Counted from the stretch's first letter, positions 8,790 through 18,486 are shown. The stretch is DNA of 64,000 nucleotides from Pseudobutyrivibrio sp. (GCF_017471675.1 NZ_JAFUSK010000076.1:193-64192); one strand, 5' to 3'. Numbers and translations are program-made. The notes: generated from the sequence alone by a model not told the origin.

Positions 8790-10622
8790 ATGTGTGGAAT
8801 AGTAGGTTACGTAGGAAAATCACAGGCTGCGCCTATACTTTTGGATGGACTTAGTAAGCTAGAATATAGAGGCTACGATTCAGCAGGAATGGCTGTATAT
8901 GATGGTAGCAAGATAGAATATGAAAAGGCTAAGGGACGTCTTCGTCTTCTCAGCGAAAAGACCCATGATGGTGCTACAATGCAGGGTACTATCGGTATTG
9001 GTCATACACGTTGGGCTACACATGGTGAGCCTAGCGAGACAAACGCTCATCCACATCTTAACGAGGATGAAACAATCGCCGTTGTCCACAATGGTATTAT
9101 CGAAAACTACGCAAAGCTTAAGGATAAGCTTATCAAGCGTGGATATAATTTCAAATCTGAAACAGATACAGAGGTAGTTGCACACCTTCTTGATTATTAT
9201 TACAAGGCAGGCAATGATCCTCTTGCATGTGTTACAAAGGTTATGCACCGTGTTGAGGGTGCTTATGCCCTTGGTATTATTTTTGCAGATTATCCAGATC
9301 AGATTTATTCAGTTCGTAAGGACAGCCCACTTATCGTAGGTCTTGGTAAGGATGGCAATCTTATTGCATCTGATGTACCAGCTGTTCTTAAGTACACACG
9401 TGAAGTTTACTTTATCGAGAACGAGGAAATCGCTCGTCTTTCAGAAGGCAGCATTGAGTTCTTCGATGTTGATGGACAGCCTATTGAGAAGCAGTCTAAG
9501 ACAATCGATTGGGATGTAGATGCAGCAGAAAAGGGTGGTTACGACCACTTTATGATTAAGGAAATCCACGAGGAGCCTAAGACTGTTCGTGATACACTTA
9601 ATCCTCGTATCAAGAATGACACAGTTGATATTGAAGAGCTTGGTATGACAGATGAAGAGATTAGAGCAATCTCACGTATCCGTATTGTTGCCTGCGGTAG
9701 TGCATATCACACAGGTGTTACAGCTAAGTATGTATTCGAAGATATGGCTCGTATTCCAGTAGAGGTAGATATCGCTTCAGAGTTTAGATATCGTAATCCA
9801 ATCCTTCAGGAGAACGAGCTTGTTATAGCAATCAGCCAGTCAGGTGAGACAGCTGACACTAAGGAAGCTGTTAGAATGGCACGTGCAATGGGCAACATGA
9901 CACTTGCTATTGTAAATGTAGTAGGTTCATCTATTGCCCGCGAAGCTGAAAAGGTTATGTACACATGGGCTGGTCCTGAGATTTCAGTTGCTACCACAAA
10001 GGCTTACTCTGCTCAGCTTATAGCTCTTTACTTACTTGCTATGAAGTTTGCAGATGTTAGAGGACTTCTTCCAGCAGATGAGATGAAGTCTCTTATTGCA
10101 GATTTAAAGAAGCTTCCAGAGCAGATTGAGATGCTTCTTGGAAATAAGGAGCGTATCCAGAAATTTGCTAACCGTTTCGTTGCAGCTAAGGATGTATTCT
10201 TTATCGGTCGTGGTATCGATTACGCTATCTCTATGGAAGGTTCACTTAAGCTTAAGGAGATTTCTTATATCCATTCAGAGGCATACGCAGCTGGCGAGCT
10301 TAAGCATGGTACAATATCTCTTATTGAAGAGGGTACTCTTGTTGCAGCAGTGGCAACACAGGATAACATCTATCCTAAGACAGTATCTAACATTGTAGAA
10401 TGTAAGACTCGTGGAGCATTTATCCTTGCTGTTACTACAGTAGGTCATGAGGATATTGAGGATGTTGCAGATTATGTAATGTACATCCCACAGACTAACA
10501 AGTATTTTGCTAACTCACTTGCAATCATTCCACTACAGTTATTTGGTTACTATGTATCTGTGGGCAAGGGATTTGATGTTGATCATCCAAGAAACTTAGC
10601 AAAATCAGTTACTGTTGAATAA
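8790..10622 (+). CDS. glmS: Glutamine-fructose-6-phosphate aminotransferase
   Basis: MCGIVG, LEYRGYDSAG, GHTRWATHG, SQSGETADT, GELKHG, PRNLAKSVTVE. Confidence 0.99.
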   Translation: MCGIVGYVGKSQAAPILLDGLSKLEYRGYDSAGMAVYDGSKIEYEKAKGRLRLLSEKTHDGATMQGTIGIGHTRWATHGEPSETNAHPHLNEDETIAVVHNGIIENYAKLKDKLIKRGYNFKSETDTEVVAHLLDYYYKAGNDPLACVTKVMHRVEGAYALGIIFADYPDQIYSVRKDSPLIVGLGKDGNLIASDVPAVLKYTREVYFIENEEIARLSEGSIEFFDVDGQPIEKQSKTIDWDVDAAEKGGYDHFMIKEIHEEPKTVRDTLNPRIKNDTVDIEELGMTDEEIRAISRIRIVACGSAYHTGVTAKYVFEDMARIPVEVDIASEFRYRNPILQENELVIAISQSGETADTKEAVRMARAMGNMTLAIVNVVGSSIAREAEKVMYTWAGPEISVATTKAYSAQLIALYLLAMKFADVRGLLPADEMKSLIADLKKLPEQIEMLLGNKERIQKFANRFVAAKDVFFIGRGIDYAISMEGSLKLKEISYIHSEAYAAGELKHGTISLIEEGTLVAAVATQDNIYPKTVSNIVECKTRGAFILAVTTVGHEDIEDVADYVMYIPQTNKYFANSLAIIPLQLFGYYVSVGKGFDVDHPRNLAKSVTVE

Positions 10623-10693
10623 ACCGTCACTTAGTCGTCACATTTCGGGATTATTCTACGTTCATGAAATGAAAAATCAATGGAGGCGAGTTT

Positions 10694-12121
10694 ATGAGCG
10701 ATTTTTATTCAAACAACACAAATAACGATACAAACAATACTGGGGATACTGGTTCATATACAAGTGAATCAACAAATACAAGTCAAACAAGTAGCTCTAC
10801 TACTAATGGTTCTTATTCTTATAAGAGGGATGAGATTAACCAGGGTGAATCATATTATCAGTGGTCACCTTATGATGATGGCAGAAGAAACAAGAAAGCA
10901 AAAAAGTCATCTGGCTTTGGGGCAAAGCTAGGCAGGACAGCAGCTATTGCACTTGTTTTTGGATTAGTTGCAGGCCTTGCATTCCAGTCAGTGGTTACTG
11001 TATCTAACAAGTTCCTTAAGGAAGATACGCCACAGGTAGCACAGACACAGCAGGCGTCAAGCAGTAGTGATTCAGGTAAGATATCCAGCTCAGCTACAGC
11101 TACAACTACATCATCTACAGTTTCAACAGATGTTTCATCAATTGTAGAAAATGTTCTTCCTGCTATTGTACAGGTTACAAATGCAGGGCTTAAGGAATAT
11201 ATGACATTCTTTGGAACAGTACAGCAGCCTACCACATCAGCTGGTTCCGGTATCATTGTTTCACAGGATGAGGACAACATCTACATCGCTACTAACAATC
11301 ATGTAGTTAGCGGTGCCGAGACACTTACAATCACATTTAACGATGGTGAGGCAGTAGAAGGAACAATCAAGGGAACAGATTCATCCTGCGACCTTGCAGT
11401 TGTTGCAGTTGCAATCAAGGATATTAAGGAAGACACATTATCAGAGATTAAAGTTGCCACACTTGGTGATTCAGATTCAACAGTAGTTGGCGAGGCAGCT
11501 ATCGTAATCGGTAACGCAATGGGCTATGGTACATCAGTTACTAACGGTATCATATCTGCTAAGGACCGTGAGGTTTCTATTACAGATGATGATGGTAATG
11601 TTGTTACAAACAGCCTACTTCAGACAAACGCAGCTGTTAACCCTGGTAACTCAGGTGGTGCACTTTTAAATGCTAAGGGCGAGGTCATTGGTATTGTATC
11701 TGCTAAGCTTGCTGAGGAAAGCGTAGAGGGTATGGGATATGCAATTCCTATTTCATACGCATGGAACATCATTCAGCAAATGGTAGACAACGATGTTGTT
11801 TCAGAGCTTGAGGCATCATACCTTGGAATAGCTGGTAGGGATATCACATCAGAGATGTCAGAGCAGTACGAAATTCCAGTTGGTGTTTATGTAGCACAGG
11901 TAGTTGAAGGCTCTGGTGCTGAGGCAGCAGGTATCGAAACAGAGGATGTTATCACATCATTCAACGGACGTAAGGTAACATCAGTTAACACACTTAACAA
12001 TATCATGAAATATTTGCCAGCAGGCTCTACTGTTGAAGTAAAGGTTGCCAAGGCAAACAAGGATTATGAGGAAGAGACTATTCAGGTAACACTTACTCAT
12101 AAGATTGAATCAGTACAATAA
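10694..12121 (+). CDS. htrA: HtrA/DegP serine protease with PDZ domain
   Basis: TM anchor; GSGII, TNNHVV, DLAVV, NPGNSGGAL triad; YLGI PDZ motif. Confidence 0.93.
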   Translation: MSDFYSNNTNNDTNNTGDTGSYTSESTNTSQTSSSTTNGSYSYKRDEINQGESYYQWSPYDDGRRNKKAKKSSGFGAKLGRTAAIALVFGLVAGLAFQSVVTVSNKFLKEDTPQVAQTQQASSSSDSGKISSSATATTTSSTVSTDVSSIVENVLPAIVQVTNAGLKEYMTFFGTVQQPTTSAGSGIIVSQDEDNIYIATNNHVVSGAETLTITFNDGEAVEGTIKGTDSSCDLAVVAVAIKDIKEDTLSEIKVATLGDSDSTVVGEAAIVIGNAMGYGTSVTNGIISAKDREVSITDDDGNVVTNSLLQTNAAVNPGNSGGALLNAKGEVIGIVSAKLAEESVEGMGYAIPISYAWNIIQQMVDNDVVSELEASYLGIAGRDITSEMSEQYEIPVGVYVAQVVEGSGAEAAGIETEDVITSFNGRKVTSVNTLNNIMKYLPAGSTVEVKVAKANKDYEEETIQVTLTHKIESVQ

Positions 12122-12126
12122 AAAGT

Positions 12127-12163
12127 AAAAAAATGGGTACAAATCATGTACCCATTTTTTTTT
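12127..12163 (+). terminator. Rho-independent terminator
   Basis: AAAAAAATGGGTACA-aatca-TGTACCCATTTTTTT. Confidence 0.85.
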
Positions 12164-12182
12164 ATGTGTTACAATGTAGGCT

Positions 12183-12620
12183 ATGAATAAGAAAAAGGTT
12201 ATATTTGGAATTTTAATTGCTGTATGGATTTGTGTCATTTGGGGACATAGCATGCAGCCGGCAGTAGTGTCAGAAGGAGAAAGCGGCAGATTTTTAGCCG
12301 TAATTAATAAGGTGTTGCCATTCATCACTAACGATGATAATGGAATGTACATAGTCAGAAAGACAGCTCATTTTACAGAATATGCAATACTTGGAGTGCT
12401 GTTATGTTTGGAATTTGCCACATACATTAAGGGCTGGTTTAAAAGATTTGTTAATCCTGAGATGGCAGCATTGTTTGTGGCTTTTGTGGATGAGACGATT
12501 CAGCTTTTTGTTGAGGGCAGATCGGGTCAGGTATCTGATATTTGGATAGATATAGCAGGTGCTGCACTTGGAATAATTATCACCCTTGCTATCATTGGAA
12601 ACAAGCGTAATAGAAGATAG
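12183..12620 (+). CDS. VanZ family membrane protein
   Basis: VRKTAHFTEYAILG and DETIQLFVEGRSGQVSDIWID. Confidence 0.88.
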   Translation: MNKKKVIFGILIAVWICVIWGHSMQPAVVSEGESGRFLAVINKVLPFITNDDNGMYIVRKTAHFTEYAILGVLLCLEFATYIKGWFKRFVNPEMAALFVAFVDETIQLFVEGRSGQVSDIWIDIAGAALGIIITLAIIGNKRNRR

Positions 12621-12681
12621 ATATTAAAGCAGCTGACAATGTGATAAAATAAGTAATAAAGGCAAAAAAGGGAGGCATCGT

Positions 12682-13614
12682 ATGGGAAAGAAAAGAATAG
12701 TTATTGCACTTGGACATGACGCTCTTGGCACTACAGTGCTAGAACAATGGAATGCTACTAAACGCACAGCTGTGGCTGTGGCAGAGTTTATCAAGCAGGA
12801 TTATCAGGTGGTTATCACCCACAGTAACGGACCACAGGTTGGCATGATTCACACAGCACTTTCAGAGTTTTATCAGAATCATCCTGATTACACACCTACA
12901 CCTATGTCGGTTTGTTCTGCAATGAGTCAGGGTTATATCGGTTATGATTTGCAGCAGGCTATTCGTTCTGAATTAGTAGGCCGTGGTATTTATAAGCCCG
13001 TTTCTACTATTCTTACACAGGTTACTGTTGATCCGTATGATGAAGCTTTCTACAAGCCTACCAAGATAATCGGACGTGTTATGACAGCTGAGCAGGCTGA
13101 GGCTGAGGAGGCTAAGGGCAACCACACAGTTAAGGTAGATGGTGGCTATCGCAGAATCGTGGCAGCACCTAAGCCTATTGAGATTGTTGAAATTGATGCT
13201 ATCAAGGCTCTGTGCGATGCAGACCAAGTGGTTATTGCAGCAGGCGGTGGTGGAATACCAGTACTTACTCAGGATAATTCACTTAAGGGGGCATCAGCTG
13301 TAGTGGAGAAGGATATTGCAGCAGGGCTTCTTGCTTCAGAGCTGGATGCAGATATGTTAGTAATTCTTACTAGCGTAACAAAGGTATGTAAGAATTTTGG
13401 CAAGTTAGATGAGCAGCCACTTGATTATATTTCAGTAGCAGATGCTAAGAAGATGTTAGAGGCTGGAGAATTTGGCGAGACTGATATGGCACCAAAGATT
13501 CAGGCTGCCATAGATTATATTGGGGATTCAGCTATTAGAAAGGTATTAATTACCAAGCTGTCAGATGCTGGCAATGCTGTAGGCGGACAGACTGGTACAA
13601 TGATAGGAAAATAA
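12682..13614 (+). CDS. arcC: Carbamate kinase
   Basis: IVIALG, THSNGPQVG, SQGYIGY, KPTKIIG, YRRIVAAPKP, GGGGIPV, AVVEKD, MAPKIQAA. Confidence 0.9.
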   Translation: MGKKRIVIALGHDALGTTVLEQWNATKRTAVAVAEFIKQDYQVVITHSNGPQVGMIHTALSEFYQNHPDYTPTPMSVCSAMSQGYIGYDLQQAIRSELVGRGIYKPVSTILTQVTVDPYDEAFYKPTKIIGRVMTAEQAEAEEAKGNHTVKVDGGYRRIVAAPKPIEIVEIDAIKALCDADQVVIAAGGGGIPVLTQDNSLKGASAVVEKDIAAGLLASELDADMLVILTSVTKVCKNFGKLDEQPLDYISVADAKKMLEAGEFGETDMAPKIQAAIDYIGDSAIRKVLITKLSDAGNAVGGQTGTMIGK

Positions 13615-13618
13615 AGTA

Positions 13619-13697
13619 AACCTTCCTCTTGAGGGTCAATGTCATTAAGTAGTCATCATGACTTAATGACGTTGCCTAAGGGGGAGGTTATTTTTTT
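13619..13697 (+). terminator. Long imperfect hairpin followed by T7 (terminator)
   Basis: AACCTTCCTC...CAATGTCATTAAGT pairs with ACTTAATGACGTTG...GGGGAGGTT, then TTTTTTT. Confidence 0.7.
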
Positions 13698-13730
13698 GCA
13701 AATTTTTCATAAAAAACTTAAGTTAGGCTC

Positions 13731-13784
13731 TTGAAACTTATTGAAATTTGTGATAAATTTACTTAGGCGTTAGAGAGGGCTAAC
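13731..13784 (+). promoter_or_regulatory. Putative feo promoter and DtxR/SloR-type metal operator
   Basis: TTGAAA 13731-36, N17, TGn-TAAATT; palindrome GTTAG-N6-CTAAC 13769-13784 just downstream. Confidence 0.4.
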
Positions 13785-13869
13785 ATAAATTTGATATACC
13801 AAACTTTAATTGGATTAAATTTAATTTAGCGCAATCTACCAAAAGTTTTACATGTAAAAGGAAGTATAT

Positions 13870-14082
13870 ATGATGCCATTAGTAGTAGCGCCAACTGGCG
13901 AAGAACAAATGATTAAAAGAATCGGCGGTTCAGAAGAAGTGAAGCGTCATTTACAGGAGCTTGGTTTTGTACCAGGCGGCTTTGTAACAGTAGTTAACGA
14001 AATAGGCGGCAACCTAATCGTTAATGTTAAAGAATCAAGAGTGGCTGTAGATAAGCAGCTTGCTCAGAAAATTATGGTTTAA
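13870..14082 (+). CDS. feoA: Ferrous iron transport protein A
   Basis: 70 aa; HLQELGFVPG, VNVKESRVAVDKQLAQKIMV. Confidence 0.92.
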   Translation: MMPLVVAPTGEEQMIKRIGGSEEVKRHLQELGFVPGGFVTVVNEIGGNLIVNVKESRVAVDKQLAQKIMV

Positions 14083-14169
14083 CATGAATGCGAGCAGATT
14101 GAGCTTACTCAATCTTACGGCGTTCTAGTAAGCGAAGCTTACATATTTTAAGTATAAAAGGAGAGAAGC

Positions 14170-14397
14170 ATGAGAACACTTAAAGATGTGAATGTCGGTG
14201 AGACAGTGACAGTGGCAAAGCTTGATGGCGAAGGCGCTGTAAAGAGAAGAATCATGGACATGGGAATTACAAAGGGTGTAGAAATCTATGTTAGAAAGAT
14301 TGCTCCACTTGGTGACCCGGTAGAGATTACAGTTAGAGGATATGAGCTTTCTGTACGTAAGGCTGATGCAGAAATGATTCAGATAAAGGAGGATTAA
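14170..14397 (+). CDS. feoA: Ferrous iron transport protein A (second copy)
   Basis: RRIMDMGITKG, APLGDPVEITVRGYELSVRKADA. Confidence 0.95.
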   Translation: MRTLKDVNVGETVTVAKLDGEGAVKRRIMDMGITKGVEIYVRKIAPLGDPVEITVRGYELSVRKADAEMIQIKED

Positions 14398-14401
14398 TAA
14401 A

Positions 14402-16777
14402 GTGGGAATTCGTATTGCACTTGCAGGTAATCCAAACTGCGGTAAGACTACATTATTTAACTCACTCACAGGTTCTAACCAGTTCGTAGGTAACTGGCCA
14501 GGTGTTACTGTAGAGTATAAGGAAGGTAAGTACAAGGGTGACAAGGAAGTTACTATCGTGGATCTTCCAGGTATCTATTCACTTTCACCATACACATTAG
14601 AGGAAGTTGTTTCTCGTAACTATCTTATCGATGAAAAGCCAGATGCTATCATCAATGTTATTGATGGTACTAACTTAGAGAGAAACCTTTATCTCACAAC
14701 ACAGATTGTTGAGCTTGGCATTCCAGTAGTTATTGCTATCAACATGATGGATGTTGTAGAAAAGAACGGTGACAAGATTAATGCTAACAAGCTTTCAGAG
14801 GAAATTGGTGTTCCTGTAATCGAGATTTCTGCTCTTAAGAACAGAGGTCTTAAGGAAATCGTTGCAGCAGCTACAAAGGCTGCAAAGGAAGCAAATCCTC
14901 AGTCACCAAAACATAGATTTGACGGCTCTGTAGAGCATGCACTTGCTCATATTGAGGAGCTTTGCCTACATAACATCGATGACGAAAATGTTCAGAGATG
15001 GTATTCAATTAAGCTATTCGAGCGTGATACAAAGATTCAGGAAAAGCTTGGTCTTTCTTCAGATGTTATTGAACATATCGAAAAGGATATTGCCTCTTGT
15101 GAGAAGGAAATGGATGATGATTCAGAATCGATCATCACAGGCGAGAGATACAATTACATCGGTACAATCATTAATGGTTGTGTGAAGAAGGCAGCTAAGG
15201 GAATGACTACATCTGATAAGATTGATCAGATTGTAACTAACAGATTCCTTGCACTTCCAATTTTTGCTATTGTAATGTTTATTGTTTACTATGTATCAGT
15301 TACAACAGTTGGAACATGGGCAACAGACTGGGCAAATGATGGTGTATTCGGTGATGGATGGCACTTATTTGCAATCGGTTCAAAGGCGTATACAGAAGCA
15401 GCTGATGAGTACACAGCAAATCAGCTTATTGTTGATGGATATGACCTTATTGTAGAGGAGACAGGCGCTGAGCCTACAGGCGAATTTGAGTATCCTGTAG
15501 AGGACGAGGAGACAGCGGCCGTTGAGTATGAAAAAGCGACACTTGAGGATTATGAGGCTGCAAAGGCTTATGTAGAGTCAAATGAGGAGCCAGACCCAGC
15601 AAACTATGGCGTATGGATTCCTGGTATTCCAGTATTTGTAGAAGCTGGTCTTGATGCAATTAATTGTAACGATGTTGTTAAGGGACTTATCCTTGATGGT
15701 ATCGTAGCAGGTGTTGGTGCAGTTCTTGGATTCGTTCCACAGATGCTTGTACTTTTCATCTTCCTTGCATTCCTTGAGGCATGCGGTTACATGGCCAGAG
15801 TTGCATTCATCATGGACCGTATCTTCAGAAAGTTTGGTCTTTCAGGTAAGTCGTTCATTCCAATGCTTATTGGTACAGGTTGTGGTGTTCCTGGTATCAT
15901 GGCATCACGTACTATCGAAAATGATAGAGACCGTAAGATGACAATCATGACAACAACATTCATTCCATGTGGAGCTAAGCTTCCATTTATCGCAATGGTA
16001 GCAGGTGCTATCTTTGGCGGTGCTGCTTGGGTTGCACCTAGCGCTTACTTCCTTGGAATTTTTGCAATCATTACATCAGGTATTATGCTTAAGAAGACAA
16101 AGATGTTTGCTGGTGATCCAGCACCATTCGTTATGGAGCTTCCAGCATACCACTGGCCAACAGTAGGTAACGTGCTTCGCAGCATGTGGGAGCGTGGCTG
16201 GTCATTCATTAAGAAGGCTGGTACAATTATCTTACTTTCAACAATCGTAGTTTGGTTCTGTACATTCTTTGGTGTTGTTGATGGTGCATTTACAATGCTT
16301 GAGGAAGACCAGATTGATCATTCTATTCTTGCAGCAATTGGTAAGGCACTTGCTTGGATATTCATTCCACTTGGATTTGGTGATTGGGAGGCAACAGTTG
16401 CTTCTATCACAGGTCTTGTTGCTAAGGAAAACATCGTTGGTACACTTGCTATTATCTACGGTGCATCTGGCGATGTATACGAGACAATGCGCGCAGCATT
16501 TACAAACGCATCAGGTTTTGCTTTCCTTGCATTCAATCTTCTTTGCGCTCCTTGCTTCGCAGCTATGGGTGCAATCAAGCGTGAGATGAACAACACTAAG
16601 TGGTTCTGGAGAGCAATCGGATATCAGTGTGGTTTCGCTTGGGTAATCGGACTCATTATCTACCAGGTTGGTAAGGTCTTCACAGGCGAAGGATTCACTT
16701 TCGGAACAATCTTTGGAATCGCAGCTATCTGCTGTCTTATCTACGGATTATTCCGCAAGGACAAGTACAATAAATAA
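14402..16777 (+). CDS. feoB: Ferrous iron transporter B
   Basis: GNPNCGKTTLFN, VGNWPGVTVE, DLPGIYSL; membrane domain with GCGVPGIM and PFVMELP. Confidence 0.98.
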   Translation: MGIRIALAGNPNCGKTTLFNSLTGSNQFVGNWPGVTVEYKEGKYKGDKEVTIVDLPGIYSLSPYTLEEVVSRNYLIDEKPDAIINVIDGTNLERNLYLTTQIVELGIPVVIAINMMDVVEKNGDKINANKLSEEIGVPVIEISALKNRGLKEIVAAATKAAKEANPQSPKHRFDGSVEHALAHIEELCLHNIDDENVQRWYSIKLFERDTKIQEKLGLSSDVIEHIEKDIASCEKEMDDDSESIITGERYNYIGTIINGCVKKAAKGMTTSDKIDQIVTNRFLALPIFAIVMFIVYYVSVTTVGTWATDWANDGVFGDGWHLFAIGSKAYTEAADEYTANQLIVDGYDLIVEETGAEPTGEFEYPVEDEETAAVEYEKATLEDYEAAKAYVESNEEPDPANYGVWIPGIPVFVEAGLDAINCNDVVKGLILDGIVAGVGAVLGFVPQMLVLFIFLAFLEACGYMARVAFIMDRIFRKFGLSGKSFIPMLIGTGCGVPGIMASRTIENDRDRKMTIMTTTFIPCGAKLPFIAMVAGAIFGGAAWVAPSAYFLGIFAIITSGIMLKKTKMFAGDPAPFVMELPAYHWPTVGNVLRSMWERGWSFIKKAGTIILLSTIVVWFCTFFGVVDGAFTMLEEDQIDHSILAAIGKALAWIFIPLGFGDWEATVASITGLVAKENIVGTLAIIYGASGDVYETMRAAFTNASGFAFLAFNLLCAPCFAAMGAIKREMNNTKWFWRAIGYQCGFAWVIGLIIYQVGKVFTGEGFTFGTIFGIAAICCLIYGLFRKDKYNK

Positions 16778-16824
16778 GCCTTCCCCCTCTGGGGGAAGGT
16801 GTCAGCGCAGCTGACGGATGAGGG
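16778..16824. repeat. REP-like double-hairpin palindromic element
   Basis: GCCTTCCCC-ctct-GGGGGAAGGT followed by GTCAGC-gca-GCTGAC and GGATGAGGG; no poly-T tail. Confidence 0.6.
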
Positions 16825-16832
16825 TAATAATC

Positions 16833-16970
16833 ATGGGAACAGCAATAGTAATTCTAATCCTAGCCGCTATCGTAGGCGCAATTATTCGCTCAATGGTAAA
16901 GGCACATAAACGTGGCGAACACCCAGCCTGCGGTGGCGATTGTAGCCACTGTGGTGGCGGTTGTCACTAG
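16833..16970 (+). CDS. FeoB-associated Cys-rich membrane protein (45 aa, not in ORF track)
   Basis: MGTAIVILILAAIVGAIIRSMVKAHKRGEHPACGGDCSHCGGGCH; TM plus CGGDCSHC; directly after feoB, before the terminator. Confidence 0.88.
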   Translation: MGTAIVILILAAIVGAIIRSMVKAHKRGEHPACGGDCSHCGGGCH

Positions 16971-16979
16971 GAAAATATT

Positions 16980-17013
16980 GTCCCTTGGCTTTTCTTAGCC
17001 AAGGGACTTTTTT
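16980..17013 (+). terminator. feo operon terminator
   Basis: GTCCCTTGGCT / AGCCAAGGGAC then T6. Confidence 0.88.
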
Positions 17014-17030
17014 CGTGGGTTATTAAATGA

Positions 17031-17167
17031 GCAACACATCAATAAAGTCGGCAAGCGCGAGCAGGGGGGCGCCATGCCTGACCATGGGTGGGGCCCACTC
17101 CGGCGGGCTCCCATGGTTAGGTATGGAGGGTGCCCTGCGGGAGCATGAGAACCTACGACTGTGTTGC
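17031..17167 (+). other. GC-rich rod-shaped structured element (ncRNA or dispersed repeat)
   Basis: Nested pairings GCAACAC/GTGTTGC, AGTCG/CGACT, GCAGGG/CCCTGC and a 15-bp stem 17074-88/17110-24. Confidence 0.55.
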
Positions 17168-17199
17168 GGACTCTGGTGGTTTTTGGTATCATTTGAAGT

Positions 17200-18288
17200 A
17201 TGAGTGAGAATATAAAATTTTCCGTGATAATGCCTACTTATGGGGTGGGCGACTATATTGGCGATGCCCTAGGCTGCCTCTCAATGCAGACCTATGACAA
17301 CTTTGAAGTAATCATCGTGGATGATTGTTCCCCTGATAAATCAGGTGAAATAGCCAACAGTTTTACCCAAAGGGATGATAGATTTTTCTATGTAAAGCAT
17401 AGCGAAAATAAAGGTGTTTCCGAAGCAAGAAATACAGGCATTGAACATGCCACGGGAGATTATATTCTCTTTTTAGACCCAGATGATTTGTATGAGCGTG
17501 ATTTGCTGAGGGTATGTGCAGCAGTGCTAGAACGTAATCCTGTGGATTTGCTGGTATATAGCTTTACTGAGGATTATCGTAATTACGAATCAGGCAGGAT
17601 TGAATATCGTAAATGCGTTAGCTTAGAGCAGATGGATTATGATGACGATATGGTTACCACAAGTGACCCTGCAACCATTCATAAAATGGCCATGCAAATG
17701 GAAGCTATCACAATGCTTGGGTATCCTTGGAACAAGTGTTATAAGACAAGCGTTATCAAGGAACATAGTCTTAAATTTCAGCAGATAAAGCATGTAGAGG
17801 ATATTTTATTTAACTGCGATTTCCTTGATTACACCACATCTCTTACAGTGCTAAATGACGTGCTGTATCATTATAGAAATCAGGGGCAGGCCCGCCTCAC
17901 AGGTGGCGCTATTGATGACTATTTCAAGCTTCAGAAGATTCGTGTGCAGCGAATCTATGACCAGCAACAGCAGTGGAAGACCTGCGACTTTGAAGCTCTT
18001 GGAACTCTTTCTAAGATATATTTCAGAAGCTTCCAATCAGCTATGGTTCGCCAAATTGAAGGTGGTATCAAGTGCGATGATATTTTAAAATGGTGTAACG
18101 CCGAGTCAGAGACAGAACTCTATCAGGAGATGAAGAAATATCTTCCTGACGATTCTAAAACCCTTAAGTTTTTATACAAGCCTCTGGCTCAGGGAATGTT
18201 TGGCACAGCCCTTAAGCGTGCCCGCATCATGGAATACACCAAGCACCACTTCCCGGGGATTTTCAATAGGGCGAAGCAGTTAAGGTAG
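17200..18288 (+). CDS. Family 2 glycosyltransferase
   Basis: FSVIMPTY, IIVDDCSPD, NKGVSEARNTG, FLDPDD. Confidence 0.9.
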   Translation: MSENIKFSVIMPTYGVGDYIGDALGCLSMQTYDNFEVIIVDDCSPDKSGEIANSFTQRDDRFFYVKHSENKGVSEARNTGIEHATGDYILFLDPDDLYERDLLRVCAAVLERNPVDLLVYSFTEDYRNYESGRIEYRKCVSLEQMDYDDDMVTTSDPATIHKMAMQMEAITMLGYPWNKCYKTSVIKEHSLKFQQIKHVEDILFNCDFLDYTTSLTVLNDVLYHYRNQGQARLTGGAIDDYFKLQKIRVQRIYDQQQQWKTCDFEALGTLSKIYFRSFQSAMVRQIEGGIKCDDILKWCNAESETELYQEMKKYLPDDSKTLKFLYKPLAQGMFGTALKRARIMEYTKHHFPGIFNRAKQLR

Positions 18289-18319
18289 TGGGTATTATCA
18301 TATCCTGCCCTTTAGATGA

Positions 18320-18401
18320 GCCTGTAGGTAACAAAGATTTATGTTCTAAAGCGAGACATCCTGTCGAGCGTAGAATATAAATCTTTGTTACCGTAACAGG
18401 C
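18320..18401. repeat. Long palindromic (REPIN/MITE-like) element
   Basis: 22-bp arms 18327-48 and 18371-92 with one mismatch, plus GCCTGT/ACAGGC outer arms. Confidence 0.6.
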
Positions 18402-18486
18402 GGACTACAGGAAATCAAGGGGTAATATTTGCTTTTGTAGATACAGTAGGTTATAATTTAGTTAGTTGTGAGAAGGAGGGTTTACT

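Noticed and set aside
17031-17167. 6S RNA, SRP RNA or tRNA call
   Set aside because: No SRP GGAAGCAGC loop, no cloverleaf, and no 6S motifs I can recognise.
16995-17192. 65-aa minus-strand ORF
   Set aside because: Arises from the GC-rich hairpin element; no RBS or protein features.
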